DNA of 64,000 nucleotides. Source: Azolla caroliniana (Eukaryota; Plantae; Polypodiophyta). The DNA lies in NCBI GenBank assembly GCA_043228905.1, contig JBHGNT010000011.1:2852001-2916000 (forward strand), in the 5' to 3' direction. The position numbers and the translations under genes were made by a program. Positions 37,467 to 49,333 of this stretch are shown piece by piece (position 1 is the stretch's first letter; every line of letters starts with the position of its first letter). The notes under the pieces are model-generated. The model ran no database searches. It was not told the origin of the DNA and was given only the letters and a program-made list of their open reading frames with translations.

Positions 37467-38122
37467 GCTCTAATACCAAACATTGGAAATGTGGCCGTCA
37501 GATGTGGAACAAGATCAACACTTCTCAAGTGAAGAACACCTGTTGATGTGGATATAAATGTGAGAATAGGTTGAAGACAAAGTAGGCAACTGAATCATGA
37601 ATCAATCTAATCAAGAAAGACAACAAAAAGAGAAGGAGACACCAATAGGCACAGAACTGTGTAACTGTATTATTAGTATCTCAAAGTTACAATCACACAA
37701 TACACAACGAACAACAACAACAACTAGGTTACAAAAGTCAGTTTAAATACTAACTAACTTAGGTCAATTGCCCTTTCCACTATTTATAGAAATAGCCTAA
37801 ACCTAGACTGTCCAATGGGACAATGTGAATATGTCCATTATCTTCCTGTATTCGACAATTGGGCACACACATTCTCACATGCACTCGCTTATTATATAAG
37901 CACTAGTAAAGACGAGAGTTTTTGACACATGACATTCACACATTTCACAATCACAAGAGTAAGTGTTCCTTGACATATCGATAGGAGAGATTACTTGGTC
38001 TTGTTTACATATTTTCTTGTATGTTCGAGTTAGAGAAAACAACTCCAAAGACAACATCCCCTATCCCATATTCCTTGATTTAGGGGTCATGTGGTTCCAT
38101 TCACATTTCCTCACATTTCACA
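37467..38122 (-). mobile_element. PBS and probable 5' LTR of the host Copia
   Basis: Minus-strand TGGTATTAGAGC adjacent to ends (c)ATTGGAAATGTG...CACATTTCACA; TATA on the minus strand at ~37785. Confidence 0.6.
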
Positions 38123-40549
38123 ATGCCATGCACATTTAGGTTTACAGCAGGGAACAAGATGGTAATGTCATCTACTTCCTCAGTTTTGGATGATGTTTCC
38201 CACATCTAAAAGAAGATCAAGCATGGATATTCTGCCCTTACCAACGCCATCTTTTTAGAGACTTACACAATCCCTAACACTTCCATGTGTACATGCATTG
38301 TCCTCAAAGCAACCCCATCCACTAAATCAAACACAATATCTTTGTCTGAGAATGCCAAGCACAACGTTAATACCATATACACCGAGTTGCTCAAAGGTGC
38401 CAATACCATGTATGTTGTGTTTCTCAAACCCATGGAAGTTGAACATAATACAAAAATTCAATCCCTTGTGCTTATCGGCACCTAATGGCTAAATTTGAAT
38501 TTATGGGACCATTTGTGTTAAGGGCACACTATCCCATGGGCATGCCATGTGTTACATGTCCAACAAGGATTGCATAATTCTAGTAATATAGGAACAAGAA
38601 ACCTAATATAATTAAGCTTAAATATAGGATATAAACAAAAGGGTAATTCGGGAATCATGATGTTAGGCTTCAAGATTTCCATGGACCATGGTAAATTAGG
38701 AGATCAATAAGTATAAGAACCATCCATGCCCATTGTGCAAGCAAAATTATGTAGGAAAAGTAGGGTCGTTGTTCTTGAGTGAATAAATCCCAATTACAAC
38801 CTATTTTTGGGGTGAGGTCAATAATCCCTATGTAGACCATCCTATCAATAGACGTAGACTATGTCATTGTCCTAGAGGAAGGCCCAACTTCCCATCTTTA
38901 GATAACAGGGCCACTATATTGAAGCGACTGATGGCAGTTATAGGATGTAGACCTTGTCATGTCCTAGAGGAAGGCCATGCTTCCAACTATTCCCCATCTC
39001 TAGATATTAGGCCACTCCACTATATATGACTAGATAACATGGCCACTATCTACAAGTGACTAACAATGGTCAGAGAATGGGAGCCCTCAAGTTGGGACAA
39101 CTTCCGTCATGTAACACCACACAAATAATAGTCTTCTCGACCGCAGGTTGGCCAGTTTGATGAATCGTAGAGTGTTAAAAACGCATGCGATAATTGCGAG
39201 GCATCCGAAAAAGGAACCGAATTAGGGATGTGGTGACAAGCCGAGGGAATCAGAGATATTTTACGGGCATGATGGGAGACAGGTAAAAAGTAGGAGAAGT
39301 CTCAAATGGATGACTCTTTTTACTATTATCTCTAACTCTACCTACATATAGGGTTCAGAGTTTTGGTCTTCTTCTTCTTCTTCTATGGCTTCCAATTTTT
39401 ATTATTATTACTTACACACACTACCATTACATTCACTATTAATAACTAATCACTCTCAAGATATCTGAGATACAGAGACAAGAGAAAGACCAGAGACAGA
39501 GGCAGAGACAGAGACAAAAGGGTCTTCTCCTTCGGCATGTTCTCACAGACAAAAGATTAGGAACAAGATCCGCTTCCTTCCCCCCCCCCCCCCCCCCCCG
39601 CTTCACCTGCCTATCAAGGTATGCTTCATCTCCCCTGCATACAAGAAAAACATGTGTTTCCCTCATTCCCTCTGGTTTCAAAAAGATATATGGAACCCTA
39701 AATCTTAGCTTTTCTCGCAATTTCACGATGTGGGTTCCTTTGGATTTTACGCATTCCTTGCTTTTTTCTGGATTTTGGGTCACTGCGAGAAACTGTGTCA
39801 ACATTAGGGTTTCTTCTTTAAAATATAGAAGCCTAATGCTTTGGCATATTAGAAACTCAGAAGGAACATCAGATAGGAAGTTCAATACAGGTGTTGGCGA
39901 CATGTATTTTCAAAAGATCATAGCAAGAAAGAAAAATCTAGAGGAGCAAGAGGCGTCTGATTTCATCCCTATCCATCATGAACTAACACAAAAGGATCTT
40001 ATGATTCGATCCCCATGATCATGACCTAATGGATGTTTGACCAAGAATGGTTTTGCTATGAAGTGTGATTCTTGATCTCTGATACTATAGCATAACCAAA
40101 TTTATAGTATCAGAGGTCAATATAAGAAAGTAAGGAAATTTTAGGGCATAGTATTAAAGGACAAGATTGAAAGCACATTTTGGGCATATGGTTATAAGGT
40201 TGTAAGCGCAGATTGATATTATCATTATATATTGCATAGTTTATGCACAGTATCAAAATGGCAATATTGTAAACACATCTTTGGGAATAGTATCAATTAT
40301 ACACACTATTTTGCATGTTATCAAATGAAAAATTGGAAAAGATTGTAAACATATTCTAGATGTTGTATCATAAGGCAGTATTTTAAATCCCTTTTTGTGC
40401 ATAGTATCAGAGGGAAAGATTTGTTTTGCATTTCTTCCGTCATCTAGATGTATCACCCTTCAATTGAGGGAGGTTCACAATCTCAACCAAGAGGTGAGGT
40501 CACAGCTAGCCTGATCCTGCCACATCAACCAGCAGGAACGTTAAGTTAA

Positions 40550-41202
40550 ATGCTTCCTAGGCCGATGCCTCCTCCCATAGATGGGAACCCTTATACAATA
40601 GAACAATTTTCTTTTCCACCACCATCTATGTCCTGTTGGTCATCACTTATGTCAAATTTCATTTCATCTCGACTGTTAGATATACAATCTGATAGTGCTC
40701 TACAGTCAGATTTTCCTCCTCACTTGCCCCTTAGTCCCCCACATCGACCACCTCCTCTGCCTTCTGAAGGTTCATTAGATGTTGGTTTTCTGCTCCTGAA
40801 CGAACCTCAAAGACTGCATGATATTGAAATGTTGAAACAAATCGAGTCTTTTGCGGCTTATGTTGTGAAGAATGGTAGTTAAGTAGAAAACGTAGTGTGT
40901 GAAAAACAGGGGAGAAACCCCGGATTTGTGTTCCTTTTCCCAAATAATATAGATTCTGAAGCTGCAATTTGTCATGAGTTTTAAATATGGAAGAAGCAAA
41001 GTTTGTTGGTCTATTCACAATCTAAAACTAATGATGATCTACATAAAGGTTTTGGATCTGGACTGCCCAATGAAGAAATTCAACAAGGTGGTGAGAAAAC
41101 ATATAGTCAACTCCATGATGTTTTGAATGACATATAGTCATGACCATGATGTTTCGAATGAAGGAACTCATTCAACTATGGTTTCTTATCCAAAGATGAA
41201 AG
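40550..41202 (+). pseudogene. Disrupted Pro-rich plus SURP/SWAP exon of the CCCH gene
   Basis: IESFAAYVVKNGS*VENVVCEKQGRNPGFVFLF...SEAAICHEF*IWKK; two in-frame TAA plus a 31-bp frameshifting duplication; donor GT at 41203. Confidence 0.8.
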
Positions 41203-44200
41203 GTTTGTAGAGTTTGTCATTGTATAAAATAGACTTAAAAACACCTGTAGATTTATGGAAGGATTTTATCTAATTTTCATTTCTGAGCTTTCAGGTGGTG
41301 TGAAAGATCACATGGTTATTCAAGGTGTACCTTCAGATCCTTCAAGTCATGATCCACTACCTGGAAGTGATGTTATTGCAACCAATTCATATTTTAAAGC
41401 TTCAGAAGATATTCTAGAAGAGAGTGAGTTACAGAATCCGACGAAACAACTTGCTGGGACAAGGTTATCCCGATGGGGTTTGATTTCAGTGACTCATCCT
41501 GTACAGACAGTGATTGGAAGTAAAATCTCTCCTAATGATACTGGAATACATCCAAATCTTGAGAGCTTTGGAGGTGTAAACGAGACAAGATTCAATTCAG
41601 AAAGCCTAATCAAGAGAGAGGAAAGTAATAATATCACAAGATCTCATCAAACATCAACTGATATTGATAGCACAAGGGGCTTGCGTAGTCAATATAGCGA
41701 GAAAAGAGGTGATGAATCATCAATGAATTCTCACAGACGCGCTACTGCTGACAGTATCCTAGGCAAGAGCTTGCCAAAAGAGGAGGGGAATTTGCCTCCT
41801 ATTGTGGATGAATTTGGACGATTGGTTCAGAAAGATGTATCTGATAGTGAATCTGAGGGAGAAAAGAGACCCGTGAAGCGGAGGAGAAGCTATAGCAGTA
41901 ATAGTAGAAGTAGAAGTAGAAGTAGAAGTAGAAGTAGCAAGGGTAAGAGCAGGGGAGGTATCAGGAGAAGTAGAAGTAGGAATAGGAATAGGAGGAGTAG
42001 GAGTAGGAGTAGGAGTAGAAATAGGAGTAGGAGGAATACCAGGAGTAGCAGTAGAAGTAGGAGTCGAAGTAGAAGCAGAAGCAGAAGCAGAAGCAGATCA
42101 TCCAGTGAATGGCAGAGAAGGCTAAGTATGAGTCGCTCTCCTCGTAGAAAAGCAAGATGGAGCAGATCAAACAGGTTGGTATGGTTGCTTGTGGCATCTT
42201 AAATATATGTTTGATATGACATATTACGTTTTATATTAATATATAATGCACAGTGAATGTATGCATTTTTTCTTTGTCTTAACAGTAAATGGCAAATGGA
42301 AACTAATGGCAGTGTCAGGAGTTAACTCCTCACCTGTGGCTTAAATGAAAAGGGGCCAAACCATTAAGCTAACCCCTTTGCCATTTTTTATTGCATCTAA
42401 TTATTGAGGCTATTAAAGCTATTTTTGTTTTAATTATTGTGCAGTCGATCACCACAACAGCGAAGGAGCTTTAGTAGAACACCACCGCGGTACATGAGAT
42501 CGGGGGAAATGGGAAGAGGGGGAAGGGATTGGAGGGGTGATCGTGAATACTATGGACGAGGAAGGAGAGGAGGAAGGGGTGATGGACAGACTCTGTGCTT
42601 CCAATTTTCAAGGGGAAAGTGTTCTAGAGGTAGTGCATGCAAGTTTGTTCATGGTAGCAGAGAGCCACAAGGGCGTGGTGGTTGGCAGCAAGATTCTTAC
42701 TTTGAAAGGCATGATCCAAGAGAGGAATCCAGCAGAAAAGAATACTGGCGAGAACAAACGGGAGAGAGATGCAACCGGAGTGGTTTGGGAAGAGAGAATC
42801 ACATTGAAAGATTCGGTCCTGAAGATTTGGGAGCTGGACAAGGAAAGTATATGGCAGAAATACAAACAAATAGTTTTAACGCTCATAACGACGAAAGGGA
42901 CAGAGACCACTCTACAGAAGGTGATTTTTCAAACTTGGTTACCAAGAATAAAGTGAGTATCGAGGATGCTATACCTGAAAGTTTGCAGGGAAGGATTGAG
43001 CTATTTCGAGGAAGAGATATTAGTGGAGAAGGTTCTTATGTGCAGATTCCAAAGAAAATTGGTTCTGTTCAAGATATGACAGTGTTTCCAAGAACAAATG
43101 CGATTGATATTGTTCAAAAATTAAGTGCATATGAAGAATCACAAGAAAATGTTGGCAGTGAAGAAAGAAATATCCCAGTTAAGGTAAACGCTAAAGAAGT
43201 TCTATATGGTGGCGAAACAGAGATAATGAAAAACAGGGCAGATACAGAGATGCATCAAAAATCATTGAAAGCTGTAGATGTGAGTTCGAATGCAGATGTT
43301 GTCAGTAAGGTAGCTGAGGAGCACCGAGGATCAAAAGCTAGTACTACAGGAAGCACTAAGCAAAGCTTTCCAGAAAATGATGTTGCAGCCATTGATGTGG
43401 ACGAGAATTTGACGACATCAGATGTACAGGGAAAATTGCAAGAAAACACTCTAAAGACAGATATGCAAAGTAATTCTGATTCAGGTATTGTAGCATATGG
43501 AATGAATAAAGAGGGTCTTCCAATGGCAATAACATTACCAGAGAGGCAAAAGGAAACAAATGAAAGAGATGAGAAAGTACTTGTAAACTTGGACACGCAG
43601 CAGTTACAAGCAAAGAATGATGACCAGCCCCTCTCCCTGGTAAGTCTACCTCAATTTAACCCTCATCTTCCTAACTTCAGAACAGAGGTTGCCACTTCAC
43701 CAATGCAAGCATTTCCTCCACAGAGCACTCAAGTGCATGCCTCTATGAATCAGCCAAGTGCTCCTGGTATGGGTCAACATCCGACACTCATAGGAAACTT
43801 ACCACATCCAATTCCATCGAATTTGTCGTATAGATTACCAGCATACTCTGCAAACTCAAATACCCAATCTTTACCTTTTGGAGATAAAGTCTTTAATTCA
43901 GAGAATGGAGGTTTATCCTCAACTAGCCAATGGGGCCATCAAACTTTCCACTCTTGGCCGCCCATGCAAAATCATGGGCATGCTTTTGCTCAAAGTCAAT
44001 GGCCAGCATTGAGCTCTGGACCTCCTTTTCATGGGCAAAGTCTGCAAGGAGATCCATTCTCGCAGCATCAAGGATCAAGTGCTGGAGCTCCCCAAATGGC
44101 TGAGCAATCTGGTGCATCAAATCATTTAGGCCCATTTTTCCCACATCCTGGGTCAAATCTTGGAGTAACATCATCTCAGCATGCCATTCCTAGTTATGGA

Positions 44201-46226
44201 TCTCTTCCAGGAGCCTCTTTTCCTGGCAATCAAAATCCAATTCCAGCTCAACAATCAGGTTCGTTGAATCTCAGTCTGAATATGGGCTCAAATCTGCCCT
44301 TCCAACAACCACAATTTCCTCCTCAGCAAGGGTTTGCATCTCAACGACCACAACAAAGCCCAATACCACATCCATTTGAAGGCGATCATAGCTTTACAAG
44401 TCAACCCTTGCATCCATTTACAAGTGTCCATACAAATCAACCATTAGCTCCAAATGTGGTGAAAAGTAGTTTAAATTTGAATGCAAGTTTTGCATCATCA
44501 GCACCAATGGTGGCACAGAATAACAATGTGCCATGGTCATTTCCAATGCCATCTAATCATTTGGCTCCGCTATTTCCACCAACATCATATTCTTATCCCC
44601 TCACAATGATACCTCCCCTCTCGGGTCTTGTTAAGGTACCCGAAAGTACTAATGTGCAAACTCTGACTGATCAATATGATCCTTTATCGGATGTGCTCGA
44701 TTCTCATTTGAATGGAGCTATGAAATTCACCGATAGTGTCATTCCGTCAGTTTTGCCAACAGATACACATCCCATCTCTTCGGAAAATGTTGGATTTACT
44801 GTGCACTCAAACCATCAAGCCGAAGTGAATGCAAGCGATCAAGAGGTGCATGATGTGGATGTGGGTGCACTTGACAATCTTAGTCCTGAGAATTGGAGTC
44901 CTGTCAAAGCTAGGTCAGAACAACCACTAGAACAATCTTTAAGTAAAAAAGGAAGCCGAGGTTTGAAAATGCTTAGAGCGGCAGTAGCTGATCATGTTAA
45001 AGAGGTGCTAAAGCCCACCTGGAGAGAGGGATATATGAGTAAAGAAGCCTTTAAGACAATTGCAAAGAAGGCAGTTGAAAAGGTAATTGGGAATTTGCCT
45101 AGCCATCATATTCCCAAGTCACAAGAGAAGGTTGATCAGTTTATGAAGTCATCCCGCCCCAAGATTTCAAAATTAGTACAAGTATGTGCTCTCTCTCTCT
45201 CTCTCTCCCCATGTTCCTCTCACAGTCACAATTTGCAGTCTCTACACATCTGTAGTGACTACTCAATTCTACACATACTACGTGAAAATGTTTCATGTTT
45301 TGTCCAGTAGTGCATATTTGACATCCAAGGCCGAAAACAATCTCTCTCTCTCTCACATTGATTTGTTGCCATTTCCAACCATATTTTAATAGCATGATAG
45401 TGAAAGTTGGTTTAATTTGAGGTTTTAGTGAATTTAAGGAATTTAGTATGAATTGTTGCATCCTCTATTTGCATGCTCCCACCACATCAAAGTTGTCTGT
45501 CATTATAGTGAAAGAAAAGGTAAAAAATAGACAATCTGCAACAGTTTGGTTTGAACCAAACTGAACCGCGAAACCATGGCTTAACGGTTTGACCTGTTAA
45601 ACAGTTTGGTTCAGTTCAGGTTCAAGTTTTTTTAACGGTTTGGTTTCAGTTCGGTTGGGTTTGACAGTTTAGGGTTGCCACTTGATTATTTTCTTAAATA
45701 TTTTTTGAACAAAATTTTCAGCTTTAAGCCTAATTCTGTCATTTTAGGAAAAATCTTCAAAATTCTGGAAAATTAAAATTTGAAATATTATAAAAAATTT
45801 AAAGATTTAAAATTGAAAATTAAAATTTTGAATTTTGACCTAACTTGAAAACGGAAACCGAACCATGAAATTGCAGTTTCAACAGTTTAACGGTTTGGAT
45901 TCTTTGTTACGGTTTTGGTTTAAATGGTTTCATGGTTAAGTTAGGTTTGGTTTAAGTTTCAATTTTTTTTAACTGTTCGGTTTTAAACGTTTTGAGTTTG
46001 ACACTTTCGAACTGAACCGAACCGTTGCCGATTGCTTGTTTTAAAGAATTTAAATTTTATCAAATAATGCTATTAAATTGTAATGGGACTCTGATAAATC
46101 TATTGATCTATTGGTTCACAAAGATTCATGTCTTGAAAAAAAAATAAAAAATTGAGTAGCTGATATTCTTTTTGTTTTCGGGAAATTTAATTTCAGGGTT
46201 ATGTCGACAAGTATCTAAAGTTGTAA
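41178..46226 (+). CDS. RS-rich CCCH zinc-finger protein with C-terminal SRI-like domain (C3H38/C3H55/FES1-like family); exons ~41178-41202, 41295-42174, 42445-45181, 46197-46226; start uncertain
   Basis: VDEFGRLV motif, long RS repeat, CFQFSRGKCSRGSACKFVH, DQYDPLSD, LRAAVADHVKEVLKPTWREGYMSKEAFKTIAKKAVEKV...KISKLVQ|GYVDKY; phase-compatible GT-AG junctions; likely 5'UTR exon ending at 39618. Confidence 0.88.
45528..46039. mobile_element. MITE (hAT-like, AACCG/CGGTT subterminal repeats) in last intron
   Basis: Imperfect TIRs caatctgcaacagtttggtt versus reverse complement caatcggcaacggttcggtt; AT-rich core; no clear TSD. Confidence 0.7.
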
Positions 46227-47244
46227 AATTCAAGGCCAGATTTGTCACAAGACTTACTTTTTTGGCTTGGATCGGCGCCACCATTAACACGCTGATGTGA
46301 TGATATATTATGTATGATGGATTCGTTATTTTCACTGCAAGATTTCTGATATACATCACCCAAACATGTAAGATGAGACTGTTACGTTTTATGAGTTATT
46401 GCCGTTTTAGTACGGACATTCCCGTCTGTGTATCCATTGTGAAGGTTTGATCAAATGCTTCTTGAAGCTGGGAATGAAATGGCTTGGCAACTTAAGAGCT
46501 TCTCAAGAGCTTCGTTTCTTTATATATTTTGGCTCGAGAGAAGGCGAAGTTATTGTAACAATGTGAGAGCGTAAAATTACTATTGATTGTACTTTGTGTG
46601 TGACGACTAGTTTGGGGAAGTTAAATTCTTGTGGTTCCAATTTCGCTTGCCTATTGTTGCTTCCTTTTGTGTGCCAAATTTATTAGGTTTGTTGGCTATG
46701 TCATTTACATACATGGTTTGTCAATGGAGAACAGGTATGGAGTGTTAAATTAATTATTTTCCTATTGCACTGGCATCTAGTGCATACCATATGTGCCTTG
46801 GTTTCATGTGCCACTATGATCTTTCAAAGATGTAAATGTAGGTCTTGCTCATATTATTTGTGATGCTAACTGATGGTTCAAAGTATACAACATTTCATTG
46901 ACAACAGGAATGGTTAATTCCAGTTGTGTATCTGGAAAACATATCCTCAATATGATTATTCAAAATGTTTACAGAATAATATGACAGATACATAACATGT
47001 GATGTTTGTGAATAGATATAGATCAAGAACAGCAAATATCTCCCACAGCCAATATAGTCATCTGTGCTTAAAAGATGACATTCATTGTTCTAAGAGAGTA
47101 GACTATATTCTTGAAAGAAAAGAATTCCAAGGCATCAAGATTTAAGCTAAAGATTGTTTGATCGAGAACGTTTGGTGAAGGAGACGCCATATTTAACCTA
47201 GAGTAGTTAAAAGACATCAGAGGCATAATCTCAACAAATATCCA

Positions 47245-47385
47245 ATTTGTGATCTTATGAACATAAATGTATGCATTAATGGTAGAACATCCATTTGTGA
47301 TCTTGAACATGTACACATTAATGGTAGATCTCCAATTTGTGCTCTTATGAAATGTACACATTAATGGTATAACTCCAATTTGTGC
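47245..47385. repeat. Short diverged tandem repeat
   Basis: ccaatttgtg.tcttatgaa...acattaatggta repeated about 3 times. Confidence 0.6.
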
Positions 47386-49333
47386 TTGGATAAGCTTATG
47401 AACTTAATTTGTATATGTAAAATGGATACATGCCCAAGCAACCGTTGGTCGTTTATCCTTTAGATAGTAGGTAACCGTAATTTGACCCAAGGTAATCAGC
47501 ACTACAACACAACGAGAATGCAACACTAATTTATGGACCAAGGGCCAACAACACTATGACATAGGCTAGAAGGTGGGTAACTCCAAAATACTATGCTTAA
47601 CAATCAACATTGTAAAAAGTGGTTTTTTCTATGTTATGCTATGGAACATGTGCACACAAGAGATGTAAATAAGAATGTTCTTATTACTTCTATGTGAGTT
47701 TTTATATATCATCCAATGTTATTCCTATTCTCAACCATGCTAGTACATTTTAGTAATTTTGTTTTAGTTGATACCTTCGCTAACGGAAGAGAAATTTCAT
47801 TTATAAATGTCACATTAGGTGCTATATCCAAATGTGAAAGATCCATCAAATTATAATGACAGTTCACAATGTGTTTCGTCATTTTATTGAGATTTGTAAG
47901 TTTATTTTGAACACCATGATCTATAAGTTAATCTTACGCTTTGGAATCTTAAAGTCATGGGGCTCCATTCTTGCATGAGGTGTGTGCAATATAGAAATTC
48001 TTCATGTTTTTTGTCGAGATAATGCGCCGACATCTTGTTTGTAAAATATGGTGTTACAATTCTACTTTCAATTATCAAAGGCATTGTATTTACATATAGA
48101 TGTGTCACCATCAATATTGATATTCTTTTAATGTTATGTGATATTCCAATATCACTGTATATGGGACTATCATGACCACTAAAGATATCCAGACTATGAC
48201 ATGTGTAGACAATATGTACTACTAAGTTCTTGTTTGGAATATTTTTACTGTGTAATATTCTGATATCTCTATATATAGGTGCCATACAGCAAAACGCCCA
48301 ACACAACGTATGTACTAGTGACTTCTTTTGTTTCACATCTCTATGTGTGTAGGGACCTACATAAAAGAAATCACAAAAACCGATATCTACGATTAGATAG
48401 ACCACCTTTCCACATGTCTCCATTCAAATTCATGCATATCTACCACAAATGTAAGAATCAATGAGTTTATTGTTTTCTATTTTTTGCTAGACAATGTGGG
48501 GATCACTAGCTGGTGTGATGGGTAAGGTGTTAATTTTCTACAAATATTTTAAAGTTAATAGGAATCATGATATACCACCCATTTGTATTGAACTAGTCAT
48601 CCTGAACATTGCCAAACCATCATCTTAACCGTTGGTTTTAAACTATGATATGTGTATATTATAATTATGAATCAAATAACCATGCATTCTTATAACGTTG
48701 TTATCATTAAGAGGAAATATGAGAATGACAAATTATTTGTAATATAACTTTGTGAATTATGGTAAGAAGAGTCTAGCTCTTTGATGGGGACAACAAGATA
48801 ATCACACATACAATAGACCCAATTCACATCTTAATACAAGATATTGCAACTCATGATTGTGGATATAGAAAGTTGGCATCATGTTAAGGTAAGAATTTCA
48901 AGTGAGTGTCCAAAGTAAAAATTGCGCATATCGAAACCAAGGCATTGAAGTCTATCAATTATGAACTTGTGAATGTATATAGCCTTTATACTAAAATGTT
49001 GTAAAATGATGTGATAGTTTCATGACATTTTAACACAGTAAACTTCGCAAAACCTTTTAGTGTAATAGTGATATATTGGTGGATGTTATCTTTATATTAT
49101 ATAACATGGGTGATTGTATCCCTTTTGGTGTAACCTAGTAAAGACAAAAAATGAAGCTCATAAAGCACACCATTTGAAGAAAATAGGTATTACTAGTTAA
49201 TATCAATAAATGTAAGTGCCACGATTCAATATTTTTGCAACTTAGAATTGGTAAATGCTAGCAAATATATGTAAGTGCAATCCTAAGGGATTGATAAATC
49301 TAGTTTTGACATTGTTCAAAATGTTGAATCTAT

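Larger units (their letters stand above)
4830..38122 (-). mobile_element. Old Tork/Tnt1-like Ty1/Copia host element, fragmented by nested insertions
   Basis: Collinear minus-strand pieces: putative 5' LTR ~37481-38122, PBS 37467-37478, leader 36744-37466, gag 18659-19384, Zn knuckle/protease 17145-17467, integrase 10800-11489 and 7440-7650, RT 6731-7200, RNase H 5150-5790. Reading frames rejoin across several TSDs. 3' LTR not identified. Confidence 0.75.

Noticed and set aside
40880-40985. U-to-C RNA editing rescuing the SURP stop codons
   Set aside because: Such editing is known only in organelles, and a frameshift is also present.
41961-42197. Tyr/Ser/Phe-rich minus-strand ORF
   Set aside because: Antisense shadow of the RS repeat.
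47902-48423. 173-aa minus-strand ORF downstream of ABCG
   Set aside because: AT-rich, no motif or splice support; likely a chance ORF.
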